This document shows, one piece after another, positions 52,042 through 59,575 of a stretch of 64,000 nucleotides of DNA. The first letter of the stretch is position 1; every line of letters starts with the position of its first letter. Below the pieces are notes generated by a model. That model had not been told where the DNA came from. It searched no databases and saw nothing but the letters and a program-made list of their open reading frames with translations. Origin of the DNA: Nitrospirota bacterium (GTDB lineage Bacteria > Nitrospirota > Nitrospiria > 2-01-FULL-66-17); NCBI GenBank assembly GCA_049325335.1, contig JBMOMC010000001.1, forward strand, positions 384,001 to 448,000, in the 5' to 3' direction. Position numbers and translations under genes: made by a program.

Positions 52042-52482
52042 GTGCACGGATTAGGAACCCATCTGTTGGCGGAGCTCAAGGTGTGTAATGCCAAGCTGCT
52101 CAACGATGTGAAGAAGGTAGAGATGATTATGGTGGAGGCCGCGAAAACCGCGAAAGCCACCATCGTGGACGTGCACTTTCACAAGTTCTCGCCGTTCGGG
52201 ATCAGCGGCGTGGTGGTGATCGCGGAATCGCACCTGGCGATCCACACCTGGCCCGAATACGGCTACGCCGCGGTGGACGTGTTCACCTGCGGCGACGTGT
52301 TGCAACCCGAGGTCGCCATCGAGTATTTAATCGAGAAGTTCCAGTGCAAGCAACCGTCCATCATGGAAGTGCGGAGAGGCATCCTCTCGAAGGGCAACGT
52401 GAAGCTGCCCCACAAAACCGTTCCGACCAACGAGGCGACGCCCGTCGATGACCGAGCCAAAGAGCTACAAATGGTTTCTTGA
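52042..52482 (+). CDS. speD: S-adenosylmethionine decarboxylase proenzyme (class 1B)
   Basis: GISGVVVIAESHLAIHTWPE (E|S cleavage), DVFTCG. Confidence 0.93.
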   Translation: MHGLGTHLLAELKVCNAKLLNDVKKVEMIMVEAAKTAKATIVDVHFHKFSPFGISGVVVIAESHLAIHTWPEYGYAAVDVFTCGDVLQPEVAIEYLIEKFQCKQPSIMEVRRGILSKGNVKLPHKTVPTNEATPVDDRAKELQMVS

Positions 52483-53368
52483 CTTCCTCAACCCTGAGGA
52501 AGGGCATATGCATGGTATCCGCACCATGCTGTATGCCGCGCAAACCAAGTACCAACAGATGGAGATCATGGACACCGGCAGTTACGGCCGGTGCCTGGTG
52601 CTGGACGGCAAGATGCAATCGTCGGAGGCCGACGAGTTCATCTACCACGAGGCCCTCGTCCATCCCGCGCTGCTGACGCACCCCGAGCCGAAACGCGTGT
52701 TCATCGTGGGCGGCGGCGAAGGCGCCACGCTCCGCGAAATTCTCCGGCATCGCACGGTCGAACACGTCTTAATGGTGGACATCGACCAGGAAGTCGTGGA
52801 GCGCTGCAAACAATTTCTCCCCGAGTGGCACCAAGGCGCGTTCGACGACCCGCGGGTGGAACTCAAGTTCCTGGACGCCCGCAAGTATCTCGAGGAAACC
52901 AACGAGACCTACGACACCATTATCATCGATATCTCCGAGCCGGTGGAAGAGGGCCCGGCCTATCTGCTCTACACCAAAGAGTTCTACCAGATCGTGAAGC
53001 GGCGTTTGACGCCCCAAGGCATGATCACGCTCCAGGCGGGCTCCACCGCGGTCAACAGCATGTTCTGCTTCGCCGCCGTGTGCCAGACGCTCAAGACCGC
53101 GTTCCCAATCGTGGCGCCGTACGATACCTCGATTCCCTCGTTCGGACTCCCGTGGGGTTTTGCGCTCGCCTCCAAGTCTCTGGACCCGCGCGCGATTACC
53201 CCGCGCGAGATCGATGAACGGATCGCGAAGCGCCTCACCGGCGAACTGCGATACTACCACGGCGAACTTCACCAAGGGCAATTCATGCTGCCCAAACACC
53301 TGGTCCAGCGGCTGGCCGCCGATGATCGCATCATCGAAGACAACCAACCGCTGTTTACCTACCACTGA
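52448..53368 (+). CDS. speE: Polyamine aminopropyltransferase
   Basis: TKYQ, LVLDGKMQS, DEFIYHEALVHP, IVGGGEG, IIIDISEP. Confidence 0.95.
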   Translation: MTEPKSYKWFLDFLNPEEGHMHGIRTMLYAAQTKYQQMEIMDTGSYGRCLVLDGKMQSSEADEFIYHEALVHPALLTHPEPKRVFIVGGGEGATLREILRHRTVEHVLMVDIDQEVVERCKQFLPEWHQGAFDDPRVELKFLDARKYLEETNETYDTIIIDISEPVEEGPAYLLYTKEFYQIVKRRLTPQGMITLQAGSTAVNSMFCFAAVCQTLKTAFPIVAPYDTSIPSFGLPWGFALASKSLDPRAITPREIDERIAKRLTGELRYYHGELHQGQFMLPKHLVQRLAADDRIIEDNQPLFTYH

Positions 53369-53421
53369 CGCGCGTGATGCGCCCCTGGGCGCGCGACGGA
53401 CGTTCCGCTCTCCTCTGAATC

Positions 53422-54975
53422 GTGCCTGACCCCAGCGCGAACGACCTCCTCGCCCCTCCCACCAACGGCACTCCGACGGCCGAGGTTTTATCTACGCCGT
53501 CCGAGCGAGACGAACAGCTCCGCACCCCGCTGTTCGACGCCATGGTCGGCCTCGCGGAGAGCCGCAAGGTCTCCTTCCACACGCCGGGCCATAAGAGCGG
53601 CAAAGGCATCTCCACGCGGTTTCGTAAATTCGTGGGCACCAAGATCTTCTCCATCGACCTGACCACGCTCGACGAGGTCGATTCGCTGCAGAAGCCCCGC
53701 GGGGTCATCAAGGAAGCGCAGGAACTCGCGGCCAAGGCCTACGGCGCGGACCGGTCCTACTTCCTGGTCAACGGTACCACCGGCGGCAATCAGGCCATGA
53801 TCCTCGCGGCGTGTAACCCGGGCGACAAGGTCTTGATCGCGCGCAACGCCCACAAGTCCGTGTTGGCCGGCCTGATCTTGTCCGGCGCGCAACCCGTGTT
53901 CTATAGCCCGCGGGTGGACGCGCGCCTGCAAATCATGCTCAACGTCACGTTCGAGGAAACCAAAACCGCGATCGACGCGCACCCGGAATGCAAGGTCCTA
54001 TTTCTCACCAGCCCCAACTACTACGGCATCTGCGCGGATCTGGAGCGCATCGTCCCGTACGCCCATGAGAAGGGCGTGGTGGTGCTGGTGGACGAAGCCC
54101 ACGGCCCACACCTGAAGTTCCACCCCGACCTACCGGCCTCGGCGCTGGAAGCCGGGGCGGATTTGTGCGTGCAAAGCACGCACAAGATCATCGGCGGCAT
54201 GACCCAGGCGTCGATGCTTCATGCCCGTTCGGCGCGCGTTAACGTGTCGATGCTGAGCAACGTGCTGCGGTTCGTGCAGACCACCAGCCCGTCGTACATC
54301 CTGATGGCGTCGCTCGATCTGGCGCGCATGCAAATGGCCACCGAGGGCGAAAAACTGTTGGACAAGGCCATCCGCCTGGCGCAGGACGCGCGCGTCCGCA
54401 TCAATAAGATCCCCGGGCTGTTCTGTCTGGGCAAAGACAACGTGGCGGGCAGTCTCTTCGGGCAAATGGGAGACCTCGACGTCACCAAGTTGACCATCAC
54501 GGTGACCGACCTCGGGCTCTCGGGCTATCAGGTCTCCCAACTACTCAACACCAAGTATCACATCCAGGTCGAAATGGCGGACCCGTTCCACGTCCTGGTG
54601 ATCGTGAGCATCGGCGACCGCCAGGATGATTTGCGCCGGCTGGTCGAGGCGCTCCGCGACATCGCCAAGGAATACGGCACCCGGTCCGGCCCGTCGCCGC
54701 TCGCTTCCGAGCCGTTGCCCGCGTTCGGGCACGACGCGGTGATGACCCCGCGCGAAGCGTTCTTCGCGGATCAAGACTACATTCCGCTGGATTCCGCGGT
54801 CGGCGCGGTCTCCTCCGAGATCGTGACCGTGTACCCGCCCGGCATTCCCGTGCTCGTGCCCGGCGAGATCATCACCGCGGAAGCCGTGACCTACTTGAAA
54901 CGCATGTTGGTGCTCGGAGGGACCGTGGACGGCCTGGACGAGACCAACAGTTGGATTGGCGTGGTCAAGCGCTGA
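53422..54975 (+). CDS. PLP-dependent Arg/Lys/Orn decarboxylase (fold I), probably arginine decarboxylase
   Basis: FHTPGHK, LVNGTT, RNAHKS, DEAHG, QSTHK, QTTSPSY, YPPGIP. Confidence 0.92.
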   Translation: MPDPSANDLLAPPTNGTPTAEVLSTPSERDEQLRTPLFDAMVGLAESRKVSFHTPGHKSGKGISTRFRKFVGTKIFSIDLTTLDEVDSLQKPRGVIKEAQELAAKAYGADRSYFLVNGTTGGNQAMILAACNPGDKVLIARNAHKSVLAGLILSGAQPVFYSPRVDARLQIMLNVTFEETKTAIDAHPECKVLFLTSPNYYGICADLERIVPYAHEKGVVVLVDEAHGPHLKFHPDLPASALEAGADLCVQSTHKIIGGMTQASMLHARSARVNVSMLSNVLRFVQTTSPSYILMASLDLARMQMATEGEKLLDKAIRLAQDARVRINKIPGLFCLGKDNVAGSLFGQMGDLDVTKLTITVTDLGLSGYQVSQLLNTKYHIQVEMADPFHVLVIVSIGDRQDDLRRLVEALRDIAKEYGTRSGPSPLASEPLPAFGHDAVMTPREAFFADQDYIPLDSAVGAVSSEIVTVYPPGIPVLVPGEIITAEAVTYLKRMLVLGGTVDGLDETNSWIGVVKR

Positions 54976-54992
54976 AGCGCGCGGGACCCGCC

Positions 54993-56063
54993 GTGACGCC
55001 CGACCTCTCCGCGATCCTCGCCTCACTGTACGAAGAGCGCACATCCGCGTTCTTGTATCAGACCCTGGAGTCGGTCGAGGACAGCCTGCGCGCCGCGCTC
55101 TTTGCCAAACTCCGACACGCGTCGGAACGACAAGCCTCGTTGTGGGAGGAACGCCTCCGCGCGCTCGGCGAACCGGTCCCCGAGTTTCACCCGCCCATTC
55201 GCGCGCGCCTGGTTGCAAGACTCCTCCGCCTCCTGGGTCCGCGGCCCATGCTCCCGGTCTTGGCCGCGATGAAAGTTCGTGGGCTGTCGATCTACCGTTC
55301 AGGCCCCATCGTGCCTGGCAGCGCGGATGCCGACGCCGCGTTCGCCGCGGCCACGGCGCCCGCGGCCGAAACCTGGCACCGCGCCCAGCAGGGCGGCGGT
55401 GCATTACGGGCCGCGGTATTCGGGGTCAATGACGGGTTGGTGTCCAACGCCAGCTTGATCGTGGGCGTGGCCGCGGCCGGGGCGGACCCCCACGGCGTGG
55501 TCATTGCGGGATTCTCGGGGTTGCTCGCGGGCAGCCTGTCCATGGCCACCGGCGAATACGTATCGGTCAAAACCCAACGCGAATTATTGGAACACCAGAT
55601 CGCCCTGGAGCAACACGAACTCGACACCATGCCGGAGGAAGAAATCGCGGAGCTGGCCGCGATCTACGAAGCCAAAGGCCTGGCCCCGGACGCGGCGCAC
55701 TCGGTCGCGGCGCGGCTCATCGCAGACCCCAAGCAGGGACTCGATACCCTCGCGCGCGAAGAATTGGGCCTGAACCCCAGCGACTTGGTCTCGCCAGTGT
55801 CAGCAGCATTGGCCTCGTTTGCGAGCTTCGCGGCGGGAGCCATGATCCCACTGGTTCCGTTCCTGCTCCCCACGCCGCAACCCGGCCTGTGGGGTTCCCT
55901 CATGGCGATGGAAGCGGGCTTACTGATCGTCGGGGGATTGATGAGCCTGTTTACCGGACGGAGCGTGGTCTGGAGCGCGGTCCGGATGGCACTGTTGGGG
56001 TCGGCCGCGGCGGCGGCAACGTTTGTGATCGGCCGATTGCTGGGCGTCGCGGTCGCGGGCTGA
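54993..56063 (+). CDS. VIT1/CCC1 family transporter with N-terminal ferritin-like region
   Basis: LRAAVFGVNDGLVSN, SMATGEYVSV, EELGL; start GTG inferred. Confidence 0.9.
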   Translation: MTPDLSAILASLYEERTSAFLYQTLESVEDSLRAALFAKLRHASERQASLWEERLRALGEPVPEFHPPIRARLVARLLRLLGPRPMLPVLAAMKVRGLSIYRSGPIVPGSADADAAFAAATAPAAETWHRAQQGGGALRAAVFGVNDGLVSNASLIVGVAAAGADPHGVVIAGFSGLLAGSLSMATGEYVSVKTQRELLEHQIALEQHELDTMPEEEIAELAAIYEAKGLAPDAAHSVAARLIADPKQGLDTLAREELGLNPSDLVSPVSAALASFASFAAGAMIPLVPFLLPTPQPGLWGSLMAMEAGLLIVGGLMSLFTGRSVVWSAVRMALLGSAAAAATFVIGRLLGVAVAG

Positions 56064-56065
56064 CC

Positions 56066-56707
56066 CTACAACGTCACGACCGGCGGAATCGCCGCGATCC
56101 GCTGATCAGCCCCGAGTGGGAACCGCCGCGGAGCATCCACCCCGGCCATGGAACACTCATCCGCCACCAACGCGTTGAGGTGGTTGATGAGCGCGTTGAG
56201 GTCGCGCGCGGGACGCGGCCCGCTCCACACCGCGCGATCATACCCTGGGATCAGATTCATGGCCTCGGTAAACGCGCTGGTCAACGCCACGCGCGCCACC
56301 TCCGGAAAGTCCTCGGCCCACAGTTCGGACAACCGGTCCAGATCCGACGCCATCAACCGGGCCACGACCGGCACCACACCAAGCCGCGGTCCTTCGCTCG
56401 CCTCCTCCATCGGCGCCTTGGTCAGGACTACCCCATGCCCGCCCGCGGACTTGAACGCCCACGCGGGATCAGCCAGACCCGGCCACGCCATACACTCCGC
56501 GAGCGTGAGCGGCCGATCCGTGGAGACAACTTCCAGACTGAAATGATCCAGAAAGATTTCCCGCAGCCGCCAGGCCGGCAAAAACGCCCGCAACACCTCG
56601 CGCCCCTCGCGCCGCGGCCCCGCCAACGCCGTGACCGCCACCGCCAACGGCACGCCGCGCCACCCCGACGCCCCTGCCGGAGACTTTTTCTTGATCTTTT
56701 TGACCAC
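56066..56707 (-). CDS. Hypothetical protein
   Basis: 213-aa ORF convergent on VIT1 gene, Lys-rich N-terminus; no recognised motif. Confidence 0.55.
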   Translation of the reverse strand: MVKKIKKKSPAGASGWRGVPLAVAVTALAGPRREGREVLRAFLPAWRLREIFLDHFSLEVVSTDRPLTLAECMAWPGLADPAWAFKSAGGHGVVLTKAPMEEASEGPRLGVVPVVARLMASDLDRLSELWAEDFPEVARVALTSAFTEAMNLIPGYDRAVWSGPRPARDLNALINHLNALVADECSMAGVDAPRRFPLGADQRIAAIPPVVTL

Positions 56708-56728
56708 GCAGGAGTGCCCGAAACGGGC

Positions 56729-57043
56729 TTAACGAAAGACGCGAACGTTGGCGGCTGGCTTCGCGGTGCGCGAGCCGGTCGACGTCCCACATTGCGCACA
56801 GCGGTAATCGTATAGACTGCCGCCGTCAGGCAGAACCAAGAGGAGGATTTCTCGGGTGGGTGTAGCCTGGCGGCATTTGGGACAGAACAATGCCGAGGCC
56901 CGCAGCTCCTGGAACTGTTCCGGACGTTGTGACGCTGCCGCGGGATTGGCCGGCCGCGCGCCGCGCGGTGTGGGCCCCTGAGCCGCGCCCGGCTTCACCG
57001 GCGCGCCGCCTGATGTTGGTGCCGCTGTTGGTCGACGAGCCAT
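56729..57043 (-). CDS. Small zinc-ribbon protein
   Basis: F.EL.AS.L.CPKC..A.P.RE.LLLVLPDG..YDY.C..CG. Confidence 0.75.
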   Translation of the reverse strand: MARRPTAAPTSGGAPVKPGAAQGPTPRGARPANPAAASQRPEQFQELRASALFCPKCRQATPTREILLLVLPDGGSLYDYRCAQCGTSTGSRTAKPAANVRVFR

Positions 57044-57121
57044 CGGAAATCGCACGGCCGGATTCTAGGAAAGCATCTGGGACAAGTCAAGCGCGAGGAG
57101 GGAGCGGGTTGCGCCTTACGA

Positions 57122-57355
57122 TTAAAGATGCGAGCCCGAGCGAACCGGATATCCGCGCAAAGGCCGGCGCCACGCGTACGCCCGAATCGTCCGCCCGAAG
57201 TCTCTGTCACCCATGAGCGCGTCAGCCATGGCAACGGTCATCACCGTGTCATCCGTATAGGAGGAAAGCGGCGTAAGGAGTTTGAAATCCTTTTGCTTGG
57301 TACGAACGCTTTCGCAGATCGATCCGATCATGTCACCGGCGATCGCACCGAGCAT
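57122..57355 (-). pseudogene. Truncated ADP-ribosylglycohydrolase (N-terminal fragment)
   Basis: MLGAIAGDMIGS..E and YTDDTVMTVAMADAL motifs, but the ORF ends at 77 aa with no room for the rest. Confidence 0.75.
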
Positions 57356-57476
57356 TTGGCTGTCAGGAATGACGCCCGAACCGAGCGAACAAGCGCCGCA
57401 ACGTCACGTGCCATTGCGTGGTCGGAAACGGTGTCGTCTTGGATGTCCTCGCAGCGGGCAGCGTGGAGATCGCGGG

Positions 57477-58034
57477 TCATACCTTACGCGGAACATCATA
57501 CCTCAACTCGACAAAGGCGGGCCCCACTGCCCGCGCAGCGGTCAGCCGAAGCGGAGGAAACGCGATCTGGCGAGGAAGCAGTGGCTTGCCGGCGCCCAGC
57601 GTCACCGAGCCGACTTGAACGATCAGTTCGTCGAGCAACCCGGCGTCGAAGAACTGGCCCACCAACTCGCCGCCGCCCACAAGCCAGATGTTCTTCTCAT
57701 TCGCCGCCGCGCGCATCTGGTCATGGACTGGGCGGACGTCGCCGGAGACGAACCGAATGTCGGCGCCGGAGACGCGCGGGAGCCCGCGGCTGGTGAACAC
57801 CCAGGTAGGTTGGTGGTACGGCCACGGTGCTTCCGATTGCGTCCCGGGCTTGATGACATTGCGAAGCATCCACTCGTACGTGGCCGAGCCCATCGCGAGC
57901 GCGCCGACTTCGAGGATAAACTGGGGGTAGCTGGTGTCGTTGATGTCGCCGAGTTGAAACAGCCACTCCAGCGAGTGATCAACGGTTGCGATGAAGCCGT
58001 CGAGGCTGGACGCCGTGTAGTACTGGGTCTTCAT
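57477..58034 (-). CDS. Dihydrofolate reductase family (RibD C-terminal-like) protein
   Basis: YTASSLDGFIA, MGSATYE, IWLVGGGEL, GLLDEL, LGAGKPL. Confidence 0.92.
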   Translation of the reverse strand: MKTQYYTASSLDGFIATVDHSLEWLFQLGDINDTSYPQFILEVGALAMGSATYEWMLRNVIKPGTQSEAPWPYHQPTWVFTSRGLPRVSGADIRFVSGDVRPVHDQMRAAANEKNIWLVGGGELVGQFFDAGLLDELIVQVGSVTLGAGKPLLPRQIAFPPLRLTAARAVGPAFVELRYDVPRKV

Positions 58035-58237
58035 GGCCACTCACCATAAGATGACACCCGGGTCGTCGTAAGATACGATAGCGATTCACCTATATGCCTC
58101 CCCCTTAACAAAGTCAATTGGTACGCCCGACTCGTGCTCGCCGCGCCGATCGCCCATTAATGGGTTCGGGCGTATCCCGCTTGACCCATCCGGAGCCACT
58201 CCTTAGAATGGGCCGCTGTTGAGATGATCGGAGCGCT

Positions 58238-59524
58238 ATGAGTCACCAGAAATCCAGCAACCTGTTCAGGCACGCCCAGACCCTGATTCCCGGAGGCGTG
58301 AACAGCCCGGTGCGCGCGTTTCGTTCGGTGGGGATGACGCCGCCGTTTATTTTGCGCGCCAAGGGGTGCCGGCTGTATGACGTGGACGGGCATTCGTATA
58401 TCGATTACATCGGCTCGTGGGGGCCCATGATTGTGGGGCACGCGCACCAGCAGGTGGTCAACGCCATCAAGCGCGCGGCCAACCATGGCACCAGTTACGG
58501 CGCGCCCACGCCGTTGGAGGTCCGGCTCGCAGAGATGATCGTGGATGCGGTGCCGTCGATCGAAATGGTCCGGCTCGTGAGCTCGGGCACGGAGGCCGTG
58601 ATGAGCGCGATTCGCCTCGCGCGCGCCGCCACCAAGCGGGACAACATTCTCAAGTTCGACGGCGGGTACCACGGCCACGCGGATAGCCTGCTGGTCAAAG
58701 CCGGATCAGGCGTGGCCACGCTCGGACTGCCGGACAGCCCGGGCGTGCCCGAGGATTTGGCCAAACACACGTTGACCGCTCGCTACAACGACTTGGCCGA
58801 TGTGCGCCGGTTGTTGGAAGCTTCGCCGCGGTCCGTCGCGGCGGTGATCGTGGAGCCCATTGCCGGGAACATGGGCGTGGTGTTGCCCGCTCCGGGGTTT
58901 CTCCAGGGATTGCGCGATCTGACGCGCGAACACGGCGCGTTGCTGATTTTTGACGAAGTGATCAGCGGGTTTCGCGCGGCCTACGGCGGGGCACAGGCGC
59001 GGTACCACGTGATGCCGGATCTGACGTGTCTGGGCAAAATCATCGGCGGCGGGCTTCCGGTGGGCGCGTACGGCGGACGGCACGACTTGATGCAGTTGAT
59101 CGCGCCTGCTGGCCCGGTCTACCAAGCCGGAACCCTGTCCGGCAATCCGTTGGCGGTAAGCGCGGGCATCGCCACGCTCAAGTTGCTGCAAAAATCGAAG
59201 GTCTACGACGCGCTCGAATCACGCGGAACGATGTTGGCCGACGGCTTGGCGGAGGCGGCGACTGCCGAGGGCGTGCCGGTGCAGATCAACCGCGCGGGCT
59301 CGGTCCTGACCGTGTTTTTTACCGCGACACCGGTTCGGGATTACGACACCGCCAAAACATCCGATACCGCGCGATTCGGACGATTCTTCGGGGGCATGTT
59401 GGAAGCGGGCGTGTATCTGCCGCCGTCGCAGTTCGAGGCTTGGTTTCTCTCCCTCGCACACACCGAACGCGAAATCGCACGGACCATGAAGGCTGCGCGC
59501 GCGGCCTTCGCAGCCGCGGCCTAA
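58238..59524 (+). CDS. hemL: Glutamate-1-semialdehyde 2,1-aminomutase
   Basis: PGGVNSPVRAF, SSGTEA, YHGHAD, FDEV, GKIIGGGLPVGA, YQAGTLSGNP. Confidence 0.98.
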   Translation: MSHQKSSNLFRHAQTLIPGGVNSPVRAFRSVGMTPPFILRAKGCRLYDVDGHSYIDYIGSWGPMIVGHAHQQVVNAIKRAANHGTSYGAPTPLEVRLAEMIVDAVPSIEMVRLVSSGTEAVMSAIRLARAATKRDNILKFDGGYHGHADSLLVKAGSGVATLGLPDSPGVPEDLAKHTLTARYNDLADVRRLLEASPRSVAAVIVEPIAGNMGVVLPAPGFLQGLRDLTREHGALLIFDEVISGFRAAYGGAQARYHVMPDLTCLGKIIGGGLPVGAYGGRHDLMQLIAPAGPVYQAGTLSGNPLAVSAGIATLKLLQKSKVYDALESRGTMLADGLAEAATAEGVPVQINRAGSVLTVFFTATPVRDYDTAKTSDTARFGRFFGGMLEAGVYLPPSQFEAWFLSLAHTEREIARTMKAARAAFAAAA

Positions 59525-59575
59525 TCCCCCTTTCGTTCATTGACAACGCTCCGGCGGCCGGTATGTTCATTCTGT

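Noticed and set aside
57397..57412. TGGCAC...TTGC sigma54-like motif upstream of the ARH fragment
   Set aside because: GG-to-GC spacing is 11 rather than the required 10.
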